Part shown: piece by piece, positions 15,017-24,233 of the stretch
How positions within the stretch are numbered: position 1 is the stretch's first letter
Layout: every line of letters starts with the position of its first letter
DNA from: Myxococcales bacterium
Lineage (GTDB): Bacteria > Myxococcota_A > Polyangia > Nannocystales > Nannocystaceae
Direction of reading: 5' to 3'
DNA length: 64,000 nucleotides
NCBI GenBank assembly: GCA_020633335.1
Contig: JACKDU010000002.1
Coordinates: forward strand, 314,730-378,729
Position numbers and translations under genes: made by a program
Notes under the pieces: model-generated
What the model saw: the letters and a program-made list of their open reading frames with translations, nothing else
What the model was told of the DNA's origin: nothing
Database searches by the model: none

Positions 15017-15223
15017 TCAGCTCGCGCGCGCCTGCTTCGGCGTGTTGTAGAAGAGCGTGATCGTCAGGCAGTGGAACTCCGAGTCCGAGCTCTGGGTGAC
15101 CACCTTGTCGACGATGTCGACGCCGGGGTTGGCCGCCAGCCACTCGTTGATCCGCTCGCTGATCTGCTCCCGCTCCCACGCCTTGGTCGCCGAGAACACC
15201 TTCACTCCGGTAAATGCCACCAT
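15017..15223 (-). CDS. Small conserved-looking hypothetical protein (68 aa)
   Basis: GC3-biased ORF with its own hairpin plus T-tract terminator downstream (about 14960..15000). No family recognised from the sequence. Confidence 0.4.
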   Translation of the reverse strand: MVAFTGVKVFSATKAWEREQISERINEWLAANPGVDIVDKVVTQSSDSEFHCLTITLFYNTPKQARAS

Positions 15224-15394
15224 GGTCCTCCCACATCGCGGCGCATTGTGGAGACGCCGCCCAGTCGAAATCTAGGGCGGTTCTACACCATCCCCGGAAT
15301 TTATCCAGCTAAAATCGCGCATCCTCCGGCGACCCCCCGAGGGGCTCGCCCGGCCGAAGAGCCGCCGAAATTGGCGTAATCGGATTCGCAAAAC

Positions 15395-16315
15395 ATGCAA
15401 ACGCAATGGGCCACACTCACCCTCCACCTCCGCCTCGACTCTGCCAGCGGCACCTCCAGCGAGGACCAGGTCGACGCCCTCGCCGCCCTCCTCGGCGAGG
15501 ATGAACGGATCAGCGGGGTTGAGGTCCGCGACGCGACGACCCTGGGGGGAAGTAGCGACGATCCTCAACTCATTGTTTACACCGACCCTGCGGCGATTGA
15601 GGCGCTGCGGCCGGACGTCGCCGAGCTCGCCCGCCGCCTCGGCATCGACCTGACGATCGACGCGGCGATCCGCGACGATGACGACTGGCGCGACTCCTGG
15701 AAGCAGTTCTACGCGCCGATGCGCCTCGGCGGCGGCGCCCTCCTCCTCCGCCCGAGCTGGATCCCCCGCGAGCCCGGCGACCCCGAGCTCGAGGTGGTCC
15801 TCGATCCCGGCCGGGCCTTTGGGACCGGTCAGCACGAGAGCACCCGCCTCTGCCTCGAGCTCCTCTGCCGCCTCGCCGCCGCCGGCCGCCGGCCCCGACG
15901 GGTCCTCGATCTCGGCTGCGGCTCGGGGATCCTCGCCCTCTCCGCCGCCCGCCTCTTCGGCCCCCTCGATCGCCTCTGCGCCGTCGACTTCGACCCCGAG
16001 GCGACCGAGACCACCGCCGAGAACGCGGCGATCAACCACGTCGACGGGATCGAGATCGTCACCGGGACGATCGACGACGTCGCCGGCGACTTCGACCTGA
16101 TCCTCGCCAACATCCGCCCCTCGGTCCTGATCCCCGCCGCGGCCGCGATCACCGGCCACCTCGCCGCCGGCGGCGACCTCCTCTGCTCCGGGATCCTGAT
16201 CGAGGAGGGCGACGAGGTCGCGGCGCCCTACCTGGCGACGGAGGGCCTGACCGATCGCGGCCGCGAGACCGCGGGCGACTGGGTCGCCCTCCACTTCGCC
16301 CGAGGCGCGGGATGA
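15395..16315 (+). CDS. prmA: Ribosomal protein L11 methyltransferase
   Basis: DWRDSWKQFYAPMRLGGGALLLRPSW plus the SAM-binding motif VLDLGCGSGILA. Confidence 0.85.
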   Translation: MQTQWATLTLHLRLDSASGTSSEDQVDALAALLGEDERISGVEVRDATTLGGSSDDPQLIVYTDPAAIEALRPDVAELARRLGIDLTIDAAIRDDDDWRDSWKQFYAPMRLGGGALLLRPSWIPREPGDPELEVVLDPGRAFGTGQHESTRLCLELLCRLAAAGRRPRRVLDLGCGSGILALSAARLFGPLDRLCAVDFDPEATETTAENAAINHVDGIEIVTGTIDDVAGDFDLILANIRPSVLIPAAAAITGHLAAGGDLLCSGILIEEGDEVAAPYLATEGLTDRGRETAGDWVALHFARGAG

Positions 16316-17022
16316 GCCTGCGGGTCTTCGCGGGCGCGCCCGGGGCCCTCGAGGCGGGCGCGCGCGTCCGCCTCGACGCCGAGGAGTCCCACTACCTGCG
16401 GCGGGTCCGGCGGGCCCGCGACGGCGCGGCGATCGAGATCTTCGACGGCGTCGGCGGGCTCTGGAGCGCGACCCTCGAGGGCGGCGACCCGAAGGCGAGC
16501 GTCGCGGCGATCATCGACGCGGTCCCCCTGCCGCCGCCGCCCCCTCGCCTCACGCTCCTCCTCGGCCTCCCCGAGCCCTCCGCCGCCCTCCAGGCGATCA
16601 CCCAGGCGACCGAGCTCGGGGCCGCGGCGATCGTCCTGGTCCGCTGCGCCCGCAGCCAGAACACCCACCCCGGGCCAGCGCGGGTCGAGCGGGTCCTGCG
16701 GGCCGCCCAGCGCCAGTGCGGGCGGCCGCTGCCCCCTCACGTCGAGGGCGTCGAGGGCCCGCTGGGGCTCGCCGAGGCCCTGGCGATCGCCGCCGACGAT
16801 CCGGGCTACTTCGCCTGGGAGGCGCTCCGCGGGCAGGACGCGCCGCCTCCGAGGGTCAGCGCTGGAGCCCGCCTCCTGGTCGGTCCCGAGGGCGGCCTCA
16901 CCCGCCCGGAGGCCGACCAGGCCGCCGCCGCCGGCCTCCAGCCCCTCGCCCTCGGCCCCTGGACCCTCCGGACCGAGACCGCCGCCCTCGTCGGCCTGAC
17001 GCGCCTCCTCTTCGCCCCCTGA
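16312..17022 (+). CDS. rsmE: 16S rRNA (uracil1498-N3)-methyltransferase
   Basis: Overlaps the prmA stop as ATGA. RsmE-like N-terminal PUA-like region and C-terminal SPOUT region (LLVGPEGGLTRPE). Confidence 0.85.
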   Translation: MSLRVFAGAPGALEAGARVRLDAEESHYLRRVRRARDGAAIEIFDGVGGLWSATLEGGDPKASVAAIIDAVPLPPPPPRLTLLLGLPEPSAALQAITQATELGAAAIVLVRCARSQNTHPGPARVERVLRAAQRQCGRPLPPHVEGVEGPLGLAEALAIAADDPGYFAWEALRGQDAPPPRVSAGARLLVGPEGGLTRPEADQAAAAGLQPLALGPWTLRTETAALVGLTRLLFAP

Positions 17023-17110
17023 CCTCCGCCCCTGACCGGGGCCGCGAAGAGGCTCGAAGGCCCCACTCGAGGGCCGCCGCCGGCGATCGTCCGTGATACC
17101 CTGCGGGCCG

Positions 17111-17692
17111 ATGCCGCTGTGGTCCTCCGCGCTGCGTCCAGGCCCCTGTCCGGCCTGCGATGGGCCGCTCGCCGCCGACCTCGCCACGCAGGCGCGCCCG
17201 ACCTGCCCGAGCTGCGGGCTCGTGCTCGCGCCTCGCCGGGTCGCGGGCTTCTGGCGCCGCCTCCTCGCCGGCGCGCTCGACCTCTTCGTCCTCCTCCTGA
17301 CCGCCGGTCCGCTCCAGCGCGGGGTCCACTGGGCGCTCGGGATCGAGGCGCCGGTGCGCGGCGATCTCTCGCTCGACACCCTCCTCCTCTGGCTCGCGCT
17401 GCCCCCCGAGAAGGTCGTGATCTGGATGGTCCCCTTCCTCGGGATCGCGGTCGGCTACCTCGTGATCTTCAGCGCCCTCGCCGGCGCGACCCTCGGCCAG
17501 CGCGCGCTCGGCCTCGAGATCGTCCGCGGCGACGGCGGCCGGCCCGGCTTCGTCCGGGCGACGATCCGCGCCCTCGCGCTCCTCCTCGGCCTCGTGCCGG
17601 GCGGGCTCGGGGTCCTCTGGATCGCCTTCGACCGGGAGAAGCGAGGGCTCCACGATCACCTCGCGCGGACCTACGTGGTGAGGCGGAGATGA
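17111..17692 (+). CDS. RDD-family membrane protein with an N-terminal zinc ribbon
   Basis: CPACDG...CPSCG followed by the RDD-domain TM core. The alternative GTG start at 17093 is the one listed in the track. Confidence 0.65.
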   Translation: MPLWSSALRPGPCPACDGPLAADLATQARPTCPSCGLVLAPRRVAGFWRRLLAGALDLFVLLLTAGPLQRGVHWALGIEAPVRGDLSLDTLLLWLALPPEKVVIWMVPFLGIAVGYLVIFSALAGATLGQRALGLEIVRGDGGRPGFVRATIRALALLLGLVPGGLGVLWIAFDREKRGLHDHLARTYVVRRR

Positions 17693-18030
17693 GGCTCAAG
17701 GACTACCTGGAAGCGACCGGCATGCTCGACGAGCGCGACCTCGTCGACGCCGAGAACCGCGCGCTGATCTACGGCGGCAGCCTCGACACCTCGCTCCTCG
17801 AGCTCGAGGCCCTCGACCCGGTGCGCCTCGACGCCGCCCTCGCGGCCGCCCGCGGCCTCCTCTCGAGCCCGCCCGAGCTCCTCCTCCAGGCGCCGAACCG
17901 CCGGCCCTGGGAGATGCTCCCGGAGATCTGGATCGAGGAGCGCGAGGCGGTGCCGCTCGCGCGCTTGGTGGAGCGAGTCGAGGGGCTAGCGCCACCTGTC
18001 CTTTCGGACATCTTCCACGCGCGAGCGCTA
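17689..18030 (+). CDS. Hypothetical protein, 3' end unresolved
   Basis: The ATG overlaps the RDD gene stop as ATGA. The first ~110 codons look coding and low in Arg (MRLKDYLEATGMLDERDLVDAENRALIYGGSLDTSLLELEALDPVRL...). The frame has no stop until 18831, and beyond ~18030 it is the Arg-rich shadow of the convergent membrane-protein gene. A missing stop or a frameshift is therefore likely. Confidence 0.3.
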
Positions 18031-18648
18031 GCGCCGGGCGAGGCGCCCGACGATCACGATCGACGCCAGCAGCGAGAGATCGATCGCCGGGCCGATCGGC
18101 GCGCCCGCGAGGCTCTGGAGGCGGAACCAGAGCGCGCCGCCGGCGACCAAGAGCGCGCCCCAGCGGATCCACCAGCGCAGCGGCGGGCGCCGGCCGTCGC
18201 CCCGCGCCCGGAGCTCGGCGCTCCGGAGGATCATCGCCACCGACGTCACCGCCGCGAAGCCGATCAGCGCGTAGGGAGCGACCGGCCCCTCGGCGCCGAT
18301 CAGGTGGAGCGCGAGGTAGACGAGATCGGCCTGGATCAGCGAGACCAGCGCCGAGATCCCCAGGAAGAGGAGCTGCGAGCCCGGGGCGAGCCCGGCGGCG
18401 CCGATCAGGAGGCCGAGGAGGAAGGGCGCGCCGACCATCAGGAGCATCGGCACCGCCGCCCAGCCGACCGTGTTCAGGAGCTCCCAGGCGACGTCGAAGA
18501 ACGAGCGCCCGCCGACCGTGAGCGGCAGGGCGCCGGCGAGCCCGAGGCCGATCCCCGCCAGCGCGACCTCGCCCGGGATCGACCCGCCCGCGCGCGCCGT
18601 CGTCGCCCCGTCCCCGTCCTCGCCCCAGTCCTCGTTCGCGTCGACCAT
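18028..18648 (-). CDS. Polytopic membrane protein, hypothetical
   Basis: 206 aa with 5-6 hydrophobic helices. It looks coding, whereas the overlapping plus-frame does not. Confidence 0.55.
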   Translation of the reverse strand: MVDANEDWGEDGDGATTARAGGSIPGEVALAGIGLGLAGALPLTVGGRSFFDVAWELLNTVGWAAVPMLLMVGAPFLLGLLIGAAGLAPGSQLLFLGISALVSLIQADLVYLALHLIGAEGPVAPYALIGFAAVTSVAMILRSAELRARGDGRRPPLRWWIRWGALLVAGGALWFRLQSLAGAPIGPAIDLSLLASIVIVGRLARR

Positions 18649-18733
18649 GGTCGTCCGACGATACCAGGTCAGGCGCCGGCCCCGGGCGGGACTCGGCGTC
18701 CTGCCCGGGCCGGGGCTTCGTTGGTCCAGGGAG

Positions 18734-18807
18734 CGCGCCCGGCAGGTCTCGAACCTGCGACCGCCGGCTTAGAAGGCCGATGCTCTATCCAGCTGAGCTA
18801 CAGGCGC
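18734..18807 (-). tRNA. tRNA-Arg (anticodon TCT)
   Basis: Cloverleaf folded by hand: acceptor GCGCCTG/CGGGCGC, D-arm GCTC..GAGC, anticodon stem TCGGC/GCCGG with loop CTTCTAA, T-arm GCAGG-TTCGAGA-CCTGC. Confidence 0.8.
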
Positions 18808-18812
18808 AAGAG

Positions 18813-18886
18813 TCGGGGCGAGAGGATTTGAACCTCCGGCATCCTGCTCCCAAAGCAGGCGCGCTACCAGGCTGCGCCACGCCCCG
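18813..18886 (-). tRNA. tRNA-Pro (anticodon TGG)
   Basis: Acceptor CGGGGCG/CGCCCCG, anticodon stem CCTGC/GCAGG with loop TTTGGGA, T-arm GGAGG-TTCAAAT-CCTCT. It lies 5 nt from the tRNA-Arg. Confidence 0.8.
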
Positions 18887-18976
18887 AAGGCCCGGGACCA
18901 TACCCGAGGAGCGCGGGGCCGTCCAGCGGCCGCCCGGACGCGCCGTCGACGCGTCCGGACCCGGCCCTTCGGGGCC

Positions 18977-19639
18977 CTAGCCCGCCAGGAGCCCCGGCAA
19001 GGCCGCGAGGAAGGCCGCCGTCGCCGCCCCACGGTGGGAGCGCGCGCCCTTCTCCTCCGGCGTCAGCTCGGCGACCGTCCGCGCGCCGCCGCCCAGCCAG
19101 ACGAAGGGATCGTAGCCGAAGCCGCCCGAGCCGCGGGCGACCGTCCGGGCGACGCCGTCCCAGCGGCCGCGGAAGACGCACACCCCCTCGTCCGATTGCC
19201 CGGGGAGCGCCCCGCCGTCGACCCGGCCGACCGCGAGCGCGCACACGTAGTGGGCCGGCGACGAATCGAGGCCGCGGGCCCGGAGCTCGTCGCAGAGGCG
19301 CTGGTTGTTGTCGGCGTCGCTGGCCCCGGGGCCAGCGAAGCGCGCCGAGTAGACCCCGGGCGCCCCCTCCAGCGCGTCGACGCAGAGCCCGGAGTCGTCG
19401 GCGACCACCAGCGACGCCCCCTCCTCGCCGAGCCCCCGCAGCCAGGCCGCGAAGCCGAGCGCCTTGAGGGTCGCGTTGCCCTCGAAGGTCTCGCGGTCCT
19501 CGACGACCTCGGGGAGCGGGCCGAGCTCGGAGGCCGCGAGCACCTCGACCTCACCGACCCCGCCGAGCCCGGCGATCGCCCGCTGGAGCTCGCCGACCTT
19601 GTGGCGGTTGCCGGAGGCGATGATCACCCGCCTAGGCAT
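18977..19639 (-). CDS. rdgB: dITP/XTP pyrophosphatase (HAM1/RdgB)
   Basis: From the internal ATG the product is MPRRVIIASGNRHKVGE...FGYDPFV. Its ATG overlaps the rph stop as ATGCCTAG. Confidence 0.85.
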   Translation of the reverse strand: MPRRVIIASGNRHKVGELQRAIAGLGGVGEVEVLAASELGPLPEVVEDRETFEGNATLKALGFAAWLRGLGEEGASLVVADDSGLCVDALEGAPGVYSARFAGPGASDADNNQRLCDELRARGLDSSPAHYVCALAVGRVDGGALPGQSDEGVCVFRGRWDGVARTVARGSGGFGYDPFVWLGGGARTVAELTPEEKGARSHRGAATAAFLAALPGLLAG

Positions 19640-20363
19640 CGGCCACCTCGAGCGCCGCCGCCTGGATCGCAAAGAGCTGGCGGCAGCCGTGCTCCGCGAG
19701 ATCGAGCATCCGCGCGAGCTCGGGCCGCGAGAAGACCCCGTCCTCGCCGGTCCCCTGGATCTCGACCATCCCCTCCCCGCGCATGACGACGTTGAGGTCG
19801 ACCGCGGCGACGCTGTCCTCGGCGTAGGGGAGATCGAGGAGAGCGCTGGTCTCCTTGCCGCCGCCGAGCGCGACCATGCCGACCGAGACCGCGGCGACCG
19901 GGGCGATGATCGGCGCCGCCTCGAGGATCCCCTGGGCGACCAGGCGGCGCAGCGCGATCACCAGGGCGACGTAGCCCCCGGTGATCGACGCCGTCCGGGT
20001 GCCGCCGTCGGCCTCGATCACGTCGCAGTCGCAGATGATCGAGAGCGGCCCGTCGCGGCCGACCAGGCGGCCGAGATCGACGGCGGCCCGCAGCGAGCGG
20101 CCGACCAGCCGCTGGATCTCCTTGCCACGACCGCCAGGATCCCGACGACCGCGCGGCCGGGTCGCCCCTGGCAACATCGAGTACTCGGCGGTCACCCAGC
20201 CGCCTCGCTTGAGCCAGCCCGGCGTCTGTGGCTCCAGGTTGGCCGTGCAGATCACCCGCGTCCGCCCGGCGGTCACCAGGGCCGAGCCGAGCGCCTGGCC
20301 GATGAAGCCGGGGCTGATCGTCGTGGGTCGGAGCTCGTCAGGTCGACGTCCGTCGGCGCGCAT
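19632..20363 (-). CDS. rph: Ribonuclease PH
   Basis: From the internal ATG the product is MRADGRRPDELRP...TRTASITGGYVAL (243 aa). The listed ORF extends upstream into an Arg-rich non-coding stretch. Confidence 0.9.
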   Translation of the reverse strand: MRADGRRPDELRPTTISPGFIGQALGSALVTAGRTRVICTANLEPQTPGWLKRGGWVTAEYSMLPGATRPRGRRDPGGRGKEIQRLVGRSLRAAVDLGRLVGRDGPLSIICDCDVIEADGGTRTASITGGYVALVIALRRLVAQGILEAAPIIAPVAAVSVGMVALGGGKETSALLDLPYAEDSVAAVDLNVVMRGEGMVEIQGTGEDGVFSRPELARMLDLAEHGCRQLFAIQAAALEVADA

Positions 20364-20463
20364 GGGCCCGGAGGCTAGCGATCTGGGCACAAAAAACAAG
20401 GCGCCCGGAGGCGCCTTGGTCTGCGGCGAACAAAGGTGGACGCCGCGCGGACGGAGCGGAAGG

Positions 20464-20727
20464 CTACTCGGCCGGAGCCTCTTCCTTCTTCTCCTCGCCC
20501 TCACCGGCGGCCTCGTCCTTCTTCTCCTCGCCGCCGGCGGCGTCGTCCTTCTTCTCCTCGCCGGCGGCCTCGGGCTTGGCCTCGTCCTTCTTCTCATCCT
20601 TGCCTTCGTCGGCCTTGGCCTCCCCCTCCTTCTTGGGCTCCTCCTTCTTGGCGTCGCCGCCACACGCAGGAGCAAAGAGAGAAAGGGCGGTAAGCGCCGC
20701 AACCAGGAACTTGCTGTCGAGCTTCAT
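20464..20727 (-). CDS. Small K/E-rich lipoprotein (87 aa)
   Basis: Signal peptide plus lipobox (LFAPAC) then a KKEE/EEKK low-complexity tail, encoded by about 30-nt DNA tandem repeats (ctcgtccttcttctcctcgcc...). Confidence 0.5.
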   Translation of the reverse strand: MKLDSKFLVAALTALSLFAPACGGDAKKEEPKKEGEAKADEGKDEKKDEAKPEAAGEEKKDDAAGGEEKKDEAAGEGEEKKEEAPAE

Positions 20728-20969
20728 GGGCAGATCTCCCTACACAATTGATCGGTGGATCGAGTCGTGTCCGTGACTCTACGCCAAAATGCGGCAAATC
20801 GGCAACGATCGCGTAATCCAGTGCGCGTCATCCACATTTGAAGTCTAGTTTTGCGCACTATCGCGCGAATTGACTTCCTGATAACTGCCATTCCTCCACT
20901 CTCATGCCGTGGGGAAGCTCAAGCACCCTGCCGTGGCGAGCGCCTACGCCCGCCCCCTATCCTCCGCGC

Positions 20970-23039
20970 ATGCTCCAGCAGATCCGAGATCAGGCCATCC
21001 GAGCGATCTTCCAGCCCGATCCCGAGGCGCCCCCCCGCGCCCTCCTGGTCGCCGGGGCCTGCGGGAACGTCGGCTTCGGCAAGCTCGGCCAGCTCGCCCG
21101 CCTCCTCGGCCGCCACGGCGTCCCGGTGATCGCGCTCGACCTCGCACCGGCCGTCCAGGAGGTCAAGAGCCGCCTCGCCGAGGCCTTCGGCCGCCGCTTC
21201 TCGGCCCCCGAGATCGCCGAGATCACCGACGCGATCACGATCGTCCAGGGCACCCTCGCCGACGTCCCCGAGGCCCTCCAGATCGGCTTCGTCTTCGAGG
21301 CGATCCCCGAACGCCTCGATCTCAAGCGCGCCTTCTACAGCGCCCTCCGGACCCGCGATCCCGAGGCCTTCATCTTCTCGGCGACCAGCGGCCTGACCTC
21401 CCACAAGCTCTTCGACGGCCTCGCGGGCGCCGAGCGCTGCGGCGTCCTCCACCCCTTCTTCCCCCACCTGACCAACAAGCTCTGGGAGATGCCGATCCAC
21501 GGGGCGGTCACCGGCAAGGACGAGGTCAAGGCGATCCGCCGCCTCTTCGATCGCCTGGGGATGACCCTGGTGCCGGTCGCCGACGTCCCGAGCTTCGCCG
21601 CCGATCGCCTCTTCTGCGGGATGATGCTCGAGGCGGTGCGGATCCACGCCGACCTCGGCCTCACGCCCGCCCAGGTCGACGACGTGTGCAAGCAGGTCCT
21701 CGGCACCTCGCCCTTCTACGTGCACAACCTGATCCGCGGGGCCAACGGCCTCTCGGCCCACTGCATGGAGCTGATGGTCGAGGAGGTCGACTCGACCCTC
21801 TACGCGATCCCCGAGGCATGGCGGCCCTACATCGCCGATCCCGGCAAGCAATGGCCCTACGAGCGGGGCCAGCGCTGCCCGCCCGAGCACTTCGCGGCCG
21901 TCCGCGAGCGGATGCTCGGGATGCTCTTCGCCCTCACCGCCTACATGCTCGAGCACAAGATCGTCGCCCTCGACGCGCTCAACTACCTCGCCGAGAAGGC
22001 GCTCGCCTTCCGCGAGGGGCCGCCGGCGCTGATCGAGGCGCTCGGCGCCGAGGAGGCGATCGCGATCACCCGCCGCTTCCTCGAGGGCCAGGCGATCACC
22101 CGGGCCGACGAGGTCGCCCCCGTCGCCGCCCTCGACCCGGCCGCCGGCAAGGCCCCCTGGGGTCAGATCTACGTCGGGACCAGCGTTCACGACGGCGTAG
22201 GCCTGATCTCCCTCAAGCGGACGACCCTCAGCGACACCTTCCTCGCCGAGATCGACGCGGCCTACACCGCCCTCGACGGCGACCCCGCGGTCAAGGCGAT
22301 CGTCATCGCCCCCGACGGGCTCTTCAGCCGGGAATTCGGCCACGGCGCCGATCTCAACGCCTTCGTCCCGGTCCTCGGCGACCGGGCGGCCGCGCTCGCG
22401 CTGATCCAGCGGTGGAAGCAGACCCTCGGCAAGCTCCGCGGCGGCAAGCCGACGGTCGCCGCCCTGGTCGGCCGGGTGCTCGGCGGCGGCCTCGAGCTGG
22501 CGACCTCCTGCCACGCGCGGATCGCCGCCGAGGGGACGATCCTCGGCCAGCCCGAGACCACCGTCGGCGTCCTCCCCGGGCTCGGCGGCTGCCACCAGAT
22601 CCACCGCTTCTCGGCCGAGGACGCGTTCGGCCGGATCTCGGAGCTCCTCCTCACCGGCCACGCCTTCAAGGCCGAGGAGGCGGCGGGCTGGGGCTTCGTC
22701 TCGAAGATCGTCGGCGTCCGCGAGCTCCCGCAGGCGAGCTTCGCCTTCGCGGCCGAGCTCGCCAGCGGCGCGCCGCTCCCGGCCTTCCGCGAGGCCGCGG
22801 CCGAGGTCGCGGTCGATCGCGGCGTCGACCCGCGCAACGAGCAGGGCGTCCCACTCGACGCCGACCTCCGGGAGCTCCTGGCGGCGACGATCGAGGCCTG
22901 CGTCGGCAAGCCCTGGGCCGAGGCCTCGGCGATCGAGGAGGCGAAGGCGGCCGAGAGCCTGGCGATGTCGACCTCGAAGATCGGCGTCGCGGCGATGCTC
23001 CGCGGCAAGGCGCCGGCCTTCCAGAAGCCGCTCGCCTAG
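20970..23039 (+). CDS. Fused 3-hydroxyacyl-CoA dehydrogenase (N-terminal) / enoyl-CoA hydratase (C-terminal), FadB-like but with reversed domain order
   Basis: N-terminal Rossmann motif LLVAGACGNVGFG plus HCDH core. C-terminal crotonase motif ALVGRVLGGGLELATSCHARIAAE. ATG at 20970 (MLQQIRDQ). Confidence 0.8.
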   Translation: MLQQIRDQAIRAIFQPDPEAPPRALLVAGACGNVGFGKLGQLARLLGRHGVPVIALDLAPAVQEVKSRLAEAFGRRFSAPEIAEITDAITIVQGTLADVPEALQIGFVFEAIPERLDLKRAFYSALRTRDPEAFIFSATSGLTSHKLFDGLAGAERCGVLHPFFPHLTNKLWEMPIHGAVTGKDEVKAIRRLFDRLGMTLVPVADVPSFAADRLFCGMMLEAVRIHADLGLTPAQVDDVCKQVLGTSPFYVHNLIRGANGLSAHCMELMVEEVDSTLYAIPEAWRPYIADPGKQWPYERGQRCPPEHFAAVRERMLGMLFALTAYMLEHKIVALDALNYLAEKALAFREGPPALIEALGAEEAIAITRRFLEGQAITRADEVAPVAALDPAAGKAPWGQIYVGTSVHDGVGLISLKRTTLSDTFLAEIDAAYTALDGDPAVKAIVIAPDGLFSREFGHGADLNAFVPVLGDRAAALALIQRWKQTLGKLRGGKPTVAALVGRVLGGGLELATSCHARIAAEGTILGQPETTVGVLPGLGGCHQIHRFSAEDAFGRISELLLTGHAFKAEEAAGWGFVSKIVGVRELPQASFAFAAELASGAPLPAFREAAAEVAVDRGVDPRNEQGVPLDADLRELLAATIEACVGKPWAEASAIEEAKAAESLAMSTSKIGVAAMLRGKAPAFQKPLA

Positions 23040-23091
23040 GCGCGCGGCGGCGAGCCCGGGGCGCTCCGGTCGTCGGCTACAATCGCCGCCG

Positions 23092-23622
23092 GTGGCCGGG
23101 GTGCGCGACGCGTTGGTGGCTCTGCTCGTCCTCCTTGGCGGCTGCCGGGCCTCCTGGGACTACCCGATGATCGACTACGCGATGGTCCCGCTCCCGAGCG
23201 GCACCCCCTGCGCCGAGCTCGTGGCTGAGGCGCGCGAGCGCGGCCTCTCGGTGATCGTCAACAACCACACACACGTGCTCGCCTGGGACGAGACCATCCT
23301 CCTCCGCGGCGAGCTCAAGCGGCTCCACCGCTCGGGGCGATATCTGCACGCGCAACGGATCCGCGAGATCCAGGCGACGCTCGTGTGCGGCTCGACGGCC
23401 CACACGCTGCCCGTGCGGACCTGTCGGATCCGCGGTCGAGCCTACGGGGTCTTCGATCTACAGGCGCTTGAGGGCGTCACCGAGGTCGGCCAGCTCGATG
23501 CGCCCTGCCTCCTGAATTTCAATCTCCGCACCGGCAACCGGTGGAGCCCTTGGATGAGCTCCCAGGGCCACACGGCGATCGTCCGCCGATCGCCCCGCGC
23601 GATCCTGGAGGGCGGCCGGTGA
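23092..23622 (+). CDS. Hypothetical lipoprotein
   Basis: Lipobox LLVLLGGC. Locally lower GC and atypical codons (cga, cta, aat). Confidence 0.45.
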   Translation: MAGVRDALVALLVLLGGCRASWDYPMIDYAMVPLPSGTPCAELVAEARERGLSVIVNNHTHVLAWDETILLRGELKRLHRSGRYLHAQRIREIQATLVCGSTAHTLPVRTCRIRGRAYGVFDLQALEGVTEVGQLDAPCLLNFNLRTGNRWSPWMSSQGHTAIVRRSPRAILEGGR

Positions 23623-24221
23623 GGCCAAACACGACCCTCCTCGCCCTCCTCGCCCTCGCGGGCTGCGCCCCGCCGTGGGGCGTCTTCGAGATCCAGCAAG
23701 GCTTCACCGTGAGCGAGCAGGCGGAGCGCTGCGAGACCATGGACGAGCGAGTCGCCCGGGACGGTATCTGGCGCCCGGAGTTCGTCATCATCGGCTTCGA
23801 CCGGCGCTACGTGATGCCCTACGCGACCGACGAGCGCTGGGTGCTCGACCTCAGGGGCTACGACAAACGTGAGGTCACGGAGATCCGCGAGATCCGGCTG
23901 CGCTGCGGCGAGGAGGAGCGCGAGCTCCGCGTCCTCCGGTGCGGCGCGCGGGCCTACGTCGATCCCCGGCAAATCGCCGACTGGTACGGTCGCGGGGACC
24001 CGGAGACCCCCTGCTGGCTCAACATCGTCGCCGACGACGTCCGGGGCGAACTCCACGGCATCGAGATGGTGATGCTCCGCCCGAGCCTGCGGCCGGCGCT
24101 CGCGCCGCTCACGGCCTCCGATCAACCGAGCCACGGAGACCCGCCCGCGCCGGAGACGACGGAGCCACCGACGGCGAACGAGTCGGCGACGGCCGGGAAC
24201 GACCCGACCGCGGACGAGTGA
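23619..24221 (+). CDS. Hypothetical lipoprotein
   Basis: The GTG start overlaps the upstream stop as GTGA. Lipobox LLALAGC and an acidic P/T-rich C-terminus. Confidence 0.45.
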   Translation: MRPNTTLLALLALAGCAPPWGVFEIQQGFTVSEQAERCETMDERVARDGIWRPEFVIIGFDRRYVMPYATDERWVLDLRGYDKREVTEIREIRLRCGEEERELRVLRCGARAYVDPRQIADWYGRGDPETPCWLNIVADDVRGELHGIEMVMLRPSLRPALAPLTASDQPSHGDPPAPETTEPPTANESATAGNDPTADE

Positions 24222-24233
24222 TCGGCGGAGCCC

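Noticed and set aside
16228-17379. 383-aa minus ORF
   Set aside because: Antisense to rsmE and the RDD gene, with Arg/Gly-rich junk composition.
20909-23170. 753-aa plus ORF and 20919..22661 minus ORF
   Set aside because: Alternate-frame and antisense shadows of the FadB-like gene. They are Arg/Pro-rich with no domains.
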